Assembly (NCBI GenBank): GCA_951406725.2
Contig: OX597832.1
Span: 64,604,001 to 64,668,000 of the forward strand
DNA: 64,000 nt
Direction of reading: 5' to 3'
Source of the DNA: Octopus vulgaris
Lineage: Eukaryota
A program made the translations under genes and the position numbers. Positions 12,009-25,401 of the stretch are shown here, in pieces. The notes beneath the pieces are model-generated. The model was not told where the DNA came from, ran no database searches, and worked only from the letters and a program-made list of their open reading frames with translations. Every line of letters starts with the position of its first letter. Position 1 is the first letter of the stretch.

Positions 12009-13026
12009 AACAACAAACAAGATGAGGACAAATATCTGTCAAATGTAAATAATGTAAATTAAACGATTCCAGTTGCAGAAATTTGGTCAGTATGGTATGT
12101 GTAAATGTGAGTGTAGATGTAACCAATACATGTTTGTGTATATATGCATAATATAAACATATGTGCGAACACATACACACACACACACACATTTATATAC
12201 ACGTAGATATGCATAGATATCTACAGATATATATCTATTCATCATTTATAAATAACTCGTACAAATATGTAGTCATATGTAAATTAAAGCGTGTGTGCAT
12301 GAGTGTGTGTGTGTGCATGTTTTTCGAGAGGGAGAGAGAGAGAGAGAGGGAGAAGAAAGAGAGAGAAAGAGGAGGGAGAAAAATGTAGATAGAAAAGAGA
12401 TTGAGGAAAACAGAAAAAGAAGATACAAGTAAATTGTTCGGAATAGCAAAATTACTGTAGTTGTTGCTTACAATACTCTGAGCATAGCACTTATGCACAA
12501 TAATAGTAAAAAGAAGAAGGAGAAAAAAAGAAAATATGAGCAACAAGCACAATAACGCATTTATCAAAACCGGAAGATTGTAGCAAGTTTGAGATCGATA
12601 ACTTCCCATAACAACAACAAAAGAAAAAAAAAACTACATACAATACCAACAAATAACAAAAATAAATATGTTTGAAATAAAAGAAATTCCCCACAAAAAC
12701 CTAGCCAAAAACAAATGCTCTAAGAAAATCCCAGAACCGCAGATTTCAATCTTGTAAATGGCTAATAACTTTAGAATATCCTGATAGTCTGAGAAATCGA
12801 TTTGAATTAGAGAATTGAAAGAGTAAAAGTGATTGAAAGAGCAGAAAAAATATAGGGGAAAGTAGGTAAATAATATATAATAGACACAACAAACAATGTG
12901 AGTGTATGTGTGTATGTTTATATGTGTGTGTGTGCTTGGATGTGTATGATATATATATATATATATATAAATGCATGCATGCATGTGCGTATGTGAGTGT
13001 GTATATCTACCTCCCTATACATATAC

Positions 13027-13059
<33 letters not shown>

Positions 13060-13172
13060 TATATATATGCCCCGATATTAAACTATTTTCTTTAGCCAAT
13101 ACAAGGTGATCAGTTAAACTTATGACGTTATTTACCGAATTGTCACTTTCGCCGCTTCTGCATTTAACGCAT

Positions 13173-13247
<75 letters not shown>

Positions 13248-13403
13248 GGGAGAGTTTGTACAAAACAAACAGATGTATTAGTATAACACTCGGAAATAGA
13301 AAAAGTCTTTTATGTTTCGAGCCTACGCTCTTCTACAGAAAGGGACACAGAAAAAAACAAGGAGAGAAAAAAAAAATGTGTGTAGTGGCTAACGATCTAT
13401 CAT
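13248..13403 (-). mobile_element. Short PLE-like repeat (family H2) with variant hammerhead motif at 13307-13342
   Basis: Homologous to 58062-58262. Minus strand cttt CUGUAGAA gagc-guag-gcuc GAAACAUA aaag. Confidence 0.6.
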
Positions 13404-14600
13404 ATATATATATATGTGTATGTATGTATGTATGTATGTGTGTGTGCACATATATTATACATGTACGTACATCGCTCTTTCTCAATGTGTATGAGTGTAT
13501 TGTATTGTTGAGATCACACGCTCGTTGTGAGGGACTCATATCATATAAAACAGCGATTTTCTCGAAACGAAGAGTAGCAGCGAAGCAACCACAGGACAGC
13601 AATAAATTGATTTACACTATACTTTCTTAATTCTGTGCAGAATACTTTTCCTCTCGTTTGTGAATTAAAACTCACGTACACACTCTCTCTCACTCTCACT
13701 TTTCACACACACACACACACACACATTTCGGCGCTGTCAATTCCTCAAGGAACTGGAGGATTGTCTATCGGATGTCACTTCAATTTAACAATGAGTGACT
13801 CTCTCTGTGTTGCATCCATGTGGTGGATACTCTAAACATTTACTCGTTTATCCCCAAGCATTCGAATTTAATCCAAACCTAAAACTGACCCGAGGTAGAA
13901 CACTTTCTTTTCAATTATTCCTCTAATTTCGTTGATATTTTTTGCATGGTCTCATCTGGAGCAATAACATGATAGAAGGTGTTAGTTCGTATTCGTAATA
14001 CGATCATAGCCAAAGGATTCAATTTAGTTTTTTTTTTTAAAGCAGGCCAAATATCATAAAGTATCTAGAGAATGTAGGAATGTAATTGATATCATAGAAC
14101 AAAAGGGTTTAATATGCAGATAAACAAATTGGTTTTCATTAAAATTGGTGAATATTATTGGCAGATGTGTGCGAATCAATAAAAACAATTAGCTATGTTG
14201 TTTACTATCATATGAAAGATAAGTTGTGAGGAAATGTGTACGAGATCTCAGCTTGTTAGGCTTTTCTAAGTTTTGTTTATGTTCTTCATTTGTACAGGTC
14301 TAGTAATAGAGGGCTTTCAGTATTTCGAAATATTCTTTCAAACCACGTAGGGTTTATTATTTACGTTAGAGTTACTCTTTTACTCATTCAGCCATGCGGC
14401 TGTGGTCATGTTGAAGAATCGGCATATATTGTTCAGAAGAAATGTCAAGGAACATTAGAAGAACTAATTTGATTGTCTGTGGAAAATTCTGTCAGAACGT
14501 TATTAAATTAAAAGACGGTATTACATTAAATTACTTCTATGTTGGTTTCAAAAGATGTTAATATCTAAGCATAAAGGAAATATTGTTACTCGTTACTAAT

Positions 14601-14808
14601 TTTCGTACAAGGCCAGCAATATCAAGGAATGGGATAATTCGATTATATCGACCCCAGTATTCAACTGGTACATATTCTATCGATCCAGAAAGGATGGAAG
14701 GCAAAGTGTACATCGGCGGATTTTTTAAAACTCAGAACGAAAAGAAGGAGGAAATACCATTAAGCATTTGTGCCCGACTTGCTAAAGATGTTGTCAGCTA
14801 GTCGCTCT
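14601..14808 (-). mobile_element. SINE family C copy
   Basis: tcgattatatcgaccccagtattcaactggtacatattctatcgatccagaaaggatggaaggcaaagt...ctcagaacg...taagcatttgtgcccgac. Confidence 0.75.
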
Positions 14809-15949
14809 AAGAAATCTTGTTATTATTTTTGTTAAGTATGGCAAAACTGAGGAATATATGTGGGAACTGGTTAATTGACATGAGAAAAAGTAGGGTGGCA
14901 ACGCATAATTCTATCATAATTGCAATTAAATGATTTACACAATAATTAATGTAATTTGTTGTTGAACAATATTCTAGTAGTATTCTATAATTATAGGCGG
15001 AACATAAAACTTAATTTTGAACAGGAAGTTAAGGCATTAAGAAAGTTATGGAGCTCTTAATCGTTAGAAATAAGATTATAATGTATCGAGCATAGTGCTA
15101 GATGCTATTATTCTAATTAGAAAGACGGTATCAGACAGGCATTAATATAGGAGTAGTCGAAAATCTCGTTTGACTTTCTTTTAACTATCGTCCGTGGCAA
15201 AGTAGTACAAACAAAAATGAAAAACAAACTCACAAACACACAAAAAAAATATGTAAAGGTATTGGCTGATTTAGAATTCCGTCTCTGTAGGTCTGGCTCT
15301 TATATATCTTTCAAATACACTAAATTAGAAAAAGCAGACAGGCATTAATAGATTAAGCACTAGATTAAGCGTTGGAAATAATGCTAAGACACCTATTGAC
15401 TATTTTACAAAAGAAATAATATTGGAATACTGGTGGGAAGGCAATTAGGTCCAATAGCAACCGGTTATTGGCTTTTCAAAATTCCCCAAAATGTCGTAGA
15501 TTGTAGCATTTTTCACCGTCTACTGTTCTCTCAAATAGATATACGTTTTTCTGAATACCTTCATGCATCCCTGTATATATGCATATGTGTGTGTGTATGT
15601 GTGTGTGTGTGAGAGAGAGAGAGATAGAGAGAGGAGGAGAAAAGAGAGACAGAAAGGGAGTATGTGTGTGAGTTCAAACATGCTTGTCTTGGTAGGTATG
15701 AAAGCGAATGTTTCCACTTATGCCTGCATATAAATACGTATGTATACTTGTATGCATATGTGTATGTTTGTTTGGATGGCATTGTATGTACGAAACTGAG
15801 GCTTTCCACTATGAATCTACGTATGTCTGTTTTTATATTTGTGGATGTAAATGCATAAGTACACAACTTCGTATGTATGTGTTTCTATGTATATTTAAGT
15901 ATGTGTGTGTGCTTTCTGTTTTACCCCACTTAGGGGACGGAAAGATGTA

Positions 15950-16487
15950 AAGAAAAATTCTGAGTTGGATTGGTTGCTTTTGTTATCTTTAATGCAAATT
16001 CTTACCTTTTCTTGGCAAGATCTTCTAAATATTTGTGCTCCAATATCGCCCACTTTATGGTAATAATCTGCAACAAAGTATGGAGATGAATTCTTTATCC
16101 AGAATACAGTTTTAGCCATACTTTGATCGGAGCCATCCTATACTTAGTTGACCCTTTCAATAATAGCGGATATATTATTGAGAATGTGTTTTGGGATTCC
16201 AGATGCTGACATTCTACACCAGTGGATATTTGATGAACAATCTTTTGTATATTCTTACCATATTGGCACCAAGTTGGCAGCAGACTTTCGTTATGTATAT
16301 ATAGTTCAAAATATAAACACCAAATCCATCTTGGCTGGAATATTATATCTCTAGATACATCCACTTTTGGTTTTAATGATCAGTCTCAAAATATTCGCGT
16401 CTGTTATTAATTTCAATCTAGTTTATCTCGGATTTCTTTGTTTATCACGCAATACTTGTGGAGGTAGATTTACGAAGAAACTCTCTC

Positions 16488-16548
<61 letters not shown>

Positions 16549-16830
16549 ATCTCCCTGTCTTTCTCTCTCGCACTCGTTAGCAATGTGTCTAATGTTATGC
16601 AATTTAGCTTCTTGTAACTTACAAATCCCGTGGGTGGATCATGTAATGGATTTTCTGTAGATTTCTTGCTCTTGGACTCCAAGAAGGTAACCTTGAATAT
16701 TATGCTCCCAAAACTTGATAGTAAACCATTCTATTCTGCTGAAGTCAAGATCGTAAAGACAAGAGTTCTATTTCCGGATCAAGTGGCGCCTGCATGCTTA
16801 AGGAATGTATTTCATTCCATTTGAAACTGC
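15950..16830 (-). pseudogene. Highly decayed RTE-like LINE fragment (C-terminal RT region); boundaries approximate
   Basis: Minus-strand frames give HWCRMSASGIPKHIL followed by YPLLLKGSTKYRMAPIKVW, resembling the RTE GHVxRMxxxRIPKxILY...GxRxxGRPxxRW motif. Confidence 0.4.
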
Positions 16831-17599
16831 TTAACTTTGGAAGAATTTATGTATCTCACATACTATGACACGTAAACCTTGCGAATGCAAGGTGAAAACA
16901 GCGCTTAATTATTATACTTTATAATATATTGAAGAATATTACTTGGTCACGAGCTGAGGTTTGCGTCCTAAAATCCCATGTAAAACACAAGCATAAATAC
17001 AGACACATTAGACTGGATATTGTTTTCTTGAACAGAGAAGAAGAGGAATGTACCACTATAGAGGCCAGATTTTCTGCTTTTGTGAATATCTCTACAAATC
17101 AAAGAGTAAGTGAATAAATACGGACAGCTGCCTCGAAACCTTCAGATTCTATATCCAGATTATAAATTCACATTAAGATCAATGTAATTGGTACATTTAA
17201 TCATGCGAGTAAATGCCAAAGTGACAATCCGAATAAGCTAGGCAAGTTACAAATAACAAGCTGTAAGTGGAAGAATAAAACATGCAAGACTTTTCTCAAG
17301 TTGGAATTATGACATTATTGTTGCTCTCTATATTGCAACGATTGGAGCTTTGTATCTTTGTTAGAAATAAGCTCCTTCCTCAGAGGAAGAACTGAAATAA
17401 TTACAGAAGAGAACACGCCTGCAAATATGTATGCATGTATGTATGAGTGCATGTACGTATGTATTTATGCATGTATGAATGTACGTATGTATTTATGCTT
17501 GTATGTATGTATGTATGCATGTATCTATGTATGTACTTATGTATGTATGTGTGAAGATGTGTATGTATGTATGCACACGTATGTACGCTTATTATTGTT

Positions 17600-17875
17600 T
17601 TAGTTATCAGACCGCGGTTTTTTTGTTTTAAAGTGTGGTACTTAATCTATCGGTCTCTTTTTCTCGAACCACGGTGGTGGAGGACAAAAGGCACGAATAC
17701 ATTCACAAACACACACACATACACACCTATATATTTCAGTTTCCGTCTTGCAAACCCACTCGTAAGGATTGGTCGATCCAGGACTACGGAAGGTGAGAAT
17801 CGTCGTAGGTGCTACGCAGTGGGACAGTACCGATAGCTGTGTCGTTGGGAAACTCTCTTTTTACCATACAATCAC
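17600..17875 (-). mobile_element. Degenerate SINE family A copy
   Basis: ggtacttaatctatcggtctctttttctcgaacc...ggacaaa...tttcagtttccgtc...cccactcgtaagg...gctacgcagtgggac. Confidence 0.65.
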
Positions 17876-18682
17876 AAGGATACTATCAATTAATATCCTA
17901 GAGACAGCTGTAAGACCTTCTATCTATAAATGCTCTAATATCTATACAGCCTTGTTTTTTTTTATCTTATTACGCAAATTATATATATATATATATATAT
18001 ATACATAGTTAGATGTATTTTCTCGTTGTGTAACACCAGTGTTCTCAAGAACACAGCCAAAGGAGATCTCAAATCGCGTAATGTATGTTATTAGTTCCTG
18101 TTGAACATCCGTATGGTAAGTCTCCTGGTGTTTCTTTCGTTTCTTCATCGACATTCATCGTTTGATGAAAGACGAAGAAAGGGAGGAAGTAAAGGAGAAG
18201 AAAGAAACGAAGAATAAGGAAAAAAATTAGAAAAATAAAATAAGAAAAACGGATTCAAAAAACAAAGTATCTGAATGGGGCAATTTTTCGGAAAAAAAAT
18301 AAAGGATTAAAAATAGCGCAAAAATTCCTGATATTCACTGGAAAAAGATACAGACGACTGTATGGAATATTGCCAGTCAAGTATTCGAAGTAACATTAAG
18401 GAAGGAAGAAGAAAAATACCTTACAAAAATAAGTAAATAAAATAATGCAACAAAAGTAAACGAAAGCATAATAGAAAAATATACAAAAAGAAAGAAAAAG
18501 AAATTAATGAAGAATGGAAGGAAACAACGAAAGGAATTGAGGACGTTACATAAAGTAGTTTCACCTTCAGAATTCAGACTCTTTTATTAAATCTTGAAAT
18601 GTCTGGAATCAGAAGATTATTTATACTTTTAACTATCATTTGGTATGTTTGTCTAGTCTCTATACGTCTGTCTGGTCTGTTG

Positions 18683-18862
<180 letters not shown>

Positions 18863-19024
18863 CGCAGCGGTATGTATCTTTTTCTCTGTCTGCTTCTTTT
18901 TCAGATTTGTCTGCGTTCATCTCTTTCAAACATTTCAAATGGCCGTTTTGTTCAGGAAAAGGTCTAAGCCAGTCGATTTATCAATCCTTACCTGACACGT
19001 GACCATTGGTCTTTCACTCTCTCA

Positions 19025-19081
<57 letters not shown>

Positions 19082-19631
19082 CATACATACATACATACAT
19101 ACATACATACATACATACATACATACCTACATGTATACAGACACATATATATTATCTGTGTGCCTGTGTGTTCGTTTCGATATAGTTAATATTTTGACGA
19201 GTAAAAATAAATAAAGAACAAAGATTGATTACTGATATAGCGCCCGAAGGTTTGTCTTGCATTTTGTTCAAGCTAATATGTATAATTATCGTCCGCAACA
19301 AAGTAATACTACAATTTTATCCAAGTTTGCACATTTTCACATGCATACATATGTGCATACATACATACGCACACACACATACATTTATATATATATATAT
19401 TTTAAAGACAAACACTACCTTAATATATCTGCATTGAGGTTTATTTAAAAGTGTCTGTCTACATATCATTGTATTACTTTACATTGCTGTAAGCTATTCT
19501 TCCATGGAGCTATTTGTTACAATTTCCTAACACAGTACTTTCTTCATATATTTTAAGAAACGCTAATGTACCTTTACTCACACGAACGCATATGTATACA
19601 TAAATATATACACAGAAGCGTAGTTTGTGTG

Positions 19632-19671
<40 letters not shown>

Positions 19672-19818
19672 ACTCAGCATTTCACGTTCTCCTTCGTCGG
19701 AGAGTCGTGAGAGAAAACCGAATCCAATTTGTGATGGTAAATGTAATATAGTGTGATGTAGTTCAAATGATCAACCTTGTTTTGCATTTGTTTTCTTGCT
19801 CGACAGCGCGCGTGTGTG

Positions 19819-19947
<129 letters not shown>

Positions 19948-20316
19948 TTGTCTGTCTGCCTATAAATGTTACACACACTATATATATTGTGCGTGCATAT
20001 ATATATATATATGCATGTAATATGCATACGTTCATATATATGTAAGTTTCAAAAAGTGAGCAGAGACACGTCAAAGGAACAAAAGGAAAATTGATGCTGG
20101 AGACATGGACATGCTCTTTCCTCGGCAATTAACGTTAAAAAATCATTATAACCTCACATTTTTAACGATAATATTGTTCGTTTTTTTGTGACGTCAATGG
20201 CAAAAAAACATACTGGGAATGATGAACGAACGTGGAGGATAGTGCCGAAAACACAGGATATATATATATATATATATATATAGATATATATACATATATA
20301 CATACATACATATATT

Positions 20317-20348
<32 letters not shown>

Positions 20349-20374
20349 TGTATGTATGTATGTATATATATATG

Positions 20375-20502
20375 TATAGGAATTGCTGTGGTAAGTAGCT
20401 TGCTTATCAACCACATGGATCCGGGTTCATTCCCATTGCGTGGCACCTTGGGCAAGTGTCTTGTGAGTGGATATGGTAACGGAAACTGAAAAAGCCTATC
20501 AT
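20375..20502 (+). mobile_element. Internally deleted SINE family A copy (head plus CORE-like part)
   Basis: gtggtaagtagcttgcttatcaaccacatggatccgggttcattcccattgcgtggcaccttgggcaagtgtctt|gtgagtggatatggtaacggaaactgaa. Confidence 0.75.
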
Positions 20503-20524
20503 ACAAATATATATATATATATAC

Positions 20525-20699
20525 TTTTTACTCTCTTACTTGTTTCAGTCATTTGACTGCGGCTATGCTGGAGCAATGCCTTTAGTCGGCCCGAGACTAT
20601 CGTAGAAGACACTTGCCCAGGGTGATACGCAACGGGACTGAACCCGGAAACATGGGGTTGGTAAACAAGCTACTTATCACACAGTTACTCCTGCGCCTG
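20525..20699 (-). mobile_element. Internally deleted SINE family A copy, convergent with the previous one
   Basis: ttacttgtttcagtcatttgactgcggctatgctggagcaatgcctttagtcg|gcccgagactatcgtagaagacacttgcccagggtg...ctcctgcgcc. Confidence 0.78.
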
Positions 20700-20939
20700 T
20701 TTATACACACCATAAACATTTATACATATACAAGCGAACAATTCGTTCTAAGTATTAACCGAAACATCTCCATGGAAATATCAATTTCCGAGACCACGTG
20801 ATGTACAAAATGCACCAAGTTGCAAAATGATGCCATTGCTACTGTAGAGAGTTGCAGAAACGTAAAAGAGACTTATATGTAAACTACAAACTGAGAAACG
20901 AATATTCGATCCAGTTATATACATATCTTAGTATATACA

Positions 20940-21032
<93 letters not shown>

Positions 21033-21277
21033 TATATGTAAATTGATATGTAGATATAGATATATAGATGGAGGGGGGCAGGTGTGGTTCTGTACCTGCA
21101 GGTTCAGTCAGAAAATGCGGTGCTTTGGGCAAGTTTCGTTTACTATATGTTACGGACCGATCGATAATTTGTGAGTGATTTTAGTATACGGAAACTGTGT
21201 AGAAGTCAATCATATAAATGGATGTAGAAACGTGTATGTGTGTGTGTGTGTATAAACTTATTCATACATACATACAT

Positions 21278-21339
<62 letters not shown>

Positions 21340-21536
21340 ACATAAACATAGATATATATATATATATTTACAGATTATTATCTATATCTATTCATACACA
21401 CGGAGACTCACACACACACACACGCGCATACACACACACATATATATAAGAGCATATATGTGCATAAAGTCTACATTTTATTTTCGTTTATATATACACG
21501 CCTTTTTAAACGCAAACACATCTATCCTACTGTCGC

Positions 21537-21579
<43 letters not shown>

Positions 21580-21588
21580 ATATATATG

Positions 21589-21653
<65 letters not shown>

Positions 21654-22034
21654 AGAGTGAGAGAGGGTGACGAGAGAAAGAGAGGGAGAGGGGTGAGGAA
21701 GATCGAAGAATGTAGTGAAGCGTATAAACACAAGCACCGCTTTCTTCAAATGTTTCACTTTTACCGAAGCAATGATGCTCACAGTTGCACGATGACTCTT
21801 GGCCAATGTGACACTAGCCTGGCACTATATGCTCAACATTCTTCAACAACTTTTCGCCGATCGATAAAATTGATATTCCATGTGTTTTCTTCTTGACTTG
21901 CCGGGTGAATATTACATCACTTTTGCATTTATCGACGTTCATTTGAGTCTCATTACCATGTAGGTAAACACACACAGGTGTTTTTGTGTGTTTAAATCTA
22001 CACGTTAGTAAGACACACTCGGATGTATCTTAAA

Positions 22035-22358
22035 CTGTTTCAGTCACTACAATGCGGCCATGCTGGGGCACTACCTTGAAATTTTAGCTGAAGGAATCAA
22101 CCCTAGTTCATTGGTACTTATTCTATCGGTCTCGTTTGCCGGACCGCTAAGTTACGGCGATGTGAACACGAACACTGGTTGTCCGACGGTGTCAAGCGGT
22201 ACTGGAGACAAACACAGTCAGAAAGACATGCTCACACACACGCGCTTGCACACACACGCTCACACATACACACACATGACGGGTCTCTTTTAGTTCACAA
22301 GGTGTTGGTCACCTTGAGGGTACTGTGGAAGTCACATGCCCAAGGGACCATGCAGTGG
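22035..22358 (-). mobile_element. SINE family A copy (head truncated)
   Basis: tgtttcagtcactacaatgcggccatgctgggg...ggtacttattctatcggtctcgtttgccggaccgctaagttacgg...gacaaacac. Confidence 0.75.
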
Positions 22359-22704
22359 ACTCGCGGTCGTAGGATCGCGGTTTCGATTCGCAAACCAAGC
22401 GTTGTGAGTGTTTATTAAGCGAAAACACGTAAATCTCCACGAGGTGCCGGCAGGGGGTGGTGGCGAACCCTACTTTATTCTTTCACCACAACTTTCTCTC
22501 GCTCTTTTTTCCTGTTTCTGATGTACCTTTATTCCAAAGGGCCAGACTTGTCATACTCTGTCTCACGCTGAATATCCCCGAGAACTATGTTAAGTGTACA
22601 CGTATCTGTGGAATGCTCAGCCACTTCTATGTTCATTTCACGTGCAGGCTGTTCCGTTGATCGGATCATCTGGAACCCTCGTCATCGTAACCGACGGAGA
22701 GCCA
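22357..22704 (+). mobile_element. SINE family B copy
   Basis: B-box-like ggtttcgattc, then tail gagaactatgttaagtgtacacgtatctgtggaatgctcagccactt...gctgttccgttgatcggatcatctggaaccctcgtcatcgtaaccgacgg. Tail shared with 22715-23010 and 61610-61895. Confidence 0.7.
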
Positions 22705-22714
22705 CGATTTGCCA

Positions 22715-23010
22715 TGGTATTCGGCTCATGGTCGTAAGGTCATTAGTTCGATTCACGGCGGGACGTTGTGGCCTTGATTAAGACACTTCGCGTTGCTGCA
22801 GTCCACTCAGCTGGCAAATATGAGTTGCAAATATAATTCATAGGACCAGCTACGATACATTTTGTGTCACGTTGAATCTGCTCTGAGAACTACGTTGAGG
22901 GCCCTCCTGTCTGTGGAATGCTCAGCTACTTGCATGTAAATTTCACGAATAGGCTGTTCTGTTCACTGGATCAGCTGGAACCCACGACGTCATCACTGAT
23001 AACGGGACAT
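22715..23010 (+). mobile_element. SINE family B-related copy (tandem with previous)
   Basis: agttcgattc B-box, gccttgattaagacact, and the same tail gagaactacgttgaggg...ctgtggaatgctcagctacttgcatg...gctgttctgttcactggatcagctggaaccc. Confidence 0.68.
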
Positions 23011-23075
23011 CACTTTTTACAAAACCTATGTTTATGTATGTATCTGTCTATCTCTCAATACATATATATATGTGT

Positions 23076-23149
<74 letters not shown>

Positions 23150-23715
23150 TTGTGTGTTTCAATCACAAATCTCTACATAGAAGGACAGAAATGTATGATT
23201 ATATACCTATGCTTATTCCTATAACAAAACACGTATACGTAATCAGATACGTTTGTGTATGTGCTTGGCTGTCTGTGTATATTTAATGTGTATCTACGTA
23301 TAATTATCTACACACATGTAGGCAGACGCATACTGCTCACTCATCGCCACACAATAAGCACGTATATATTTAATAAAGACAGAACTATCACATATCAATT
23401 TCACTTGGCAGCTGATCACATATTTTCTAGTTATGCTTCGATTAATTCTCCTGTAAACCCGTCATAAAATTTACACTCCACTGAACTTTATATTCCAATG
23501 AATGAACAACCTCGGTCATATATGTGTCTTATATGGGCTGGGAAATTCCCTGAAAATTGAAACCGCTACATAGCCATTATGTTTATAGCGCTTTTGCTTT
23601 CAATTATGTTTACTTTATATCAATCATTTAGGTATATTTAATTAAATACTTTTGTTGTTGTGAGTTTGGTAAAGTACTTCTAATGTAAGACTAAACGAGG
23701 ACGTGACCAGCAATA

Positions 23716-23797
<82 letters not shown>

Positions 23798-24936
23798 TAC
23801 ACATATACATATACATATGTATGTATATATATATGTATATATAGATGTGCATATATATGTGTATATATATATATGTATATATATATATGTATATACATAT
23901 ATATTATATATATATATATGCATATATATATATGTGTGTGTGTGTGTGTGTTTATATATATATATATATATATATGCACATATATCTGCGTATGAACACA
24001 TGCATATATGTATGTGTGTATATGCATATGTGTGTGTGTGGGTGTATGTGAGTGTGTGCCTGTCTGTGTGTATACGAATATACATACACATTCATTAGTA
24101 ATTCGTTTGCCAAGTGTTCCAAATATCGTACAACAAGCAAGATACCTTACCATAATTTCATGAGCGAAGCCAACTTCAACAAGAGAGTAAGTTAATATAT
24201 AAATCAACAAAAAATATATTCTGCATTCATATGAACAATATTCCCCTTACACACATTTCGATACACAATGTTGTCTGGGAAACAGGGGTTAACGCTCGTA
24301 ACAGGTGTCAACCAATGTATATCACCACCCTGGCTGATTACCTCGTTTGTCCTTAACGAAACAATCCTTCGTATTTGTAGTTAAGTATTTAAACGTAATT
24401 TACCTGGTGTTACTTTAATAAGGCTTTCTTCATATCCGGTCGCCAAGATACACATCAGCGCCATTTTATCAAAGATTGCTCCATTAGAAATATGTGTCAA
24501 ATATAGGTAAAATGAAAGGTTGGTGTAACAGGTCTGTAGGGATTTAAACGGTGACCCTTAACATCCAGAGAGTTACAATAATTTGAACAACTTCAAAGAG
24601 GCTATTAATTCTATTGACCTTAATGGATCGTGTCGAGGATGAATCAAAAGTTGGAGAACACTTAATTAATAAAGATACATTTACGCCTACGGTAAGAAAG
24701 ACAACACCCTTTCACATATGTACGCAATTATATATATATATATATATGCATAGGGAATAATGCGTGTGTATGTGTGTACGTGCAAATGTGTAGATACATA
24801 CATTATATATGTATATGTTTATATATACATGCACATGCAAACGAGTGGATGTTTAAACATAAATAAATGCACACTCACACTTACCTACACACGAAAAACG
24901 TGACGCATTGTGTGTGTGTATATATATATATATATT

Positions 24937-24991
<55 letters not shown>

Positions 24992-25311
24992 ACGTATGTA
25001 TACTTCCTGTGTAGAAATTCATTATCCCTCCTGTAAACATCAAACAGTGAATGATCAAAGGAAATATTCCCCTTTGCGTTTAAATGTACGACATAACAGT
25101 GTTACAAGTTTTCTTCCTAACTAAGCGGTTCATAGTTCGATCCCACAGCGATGTATCTTGGCAACTTGCCTTCCACATAAGGCTCAAATTTCTCAGTGTT
25201 GGGTGACTAATTTTATGAACATAGACAGTAAACAAGTTTGACGTTCAAATACATACATACATGCATATATATATATATGTATATATATGTATATATATAT
25301 ATTATATATGC

Positions 25312-25401
<90 letters not shown>

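Larger units (their letters stand above)
11633..12060 (-). mobile_element. Composite tRNA-headed element with hammerhead-bearing tail and inverted terminal duplication (PLE-like SINE)
   Basis: Arms ~11666-11783 and 11928-12056 are inverted copies. Between them lie (TTA)n and a minus-strand tRNA-like head (A-box-like tggtgaagtaattaa, B-box gttcgattcc at 11867-11876). Confidence 0.75.
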
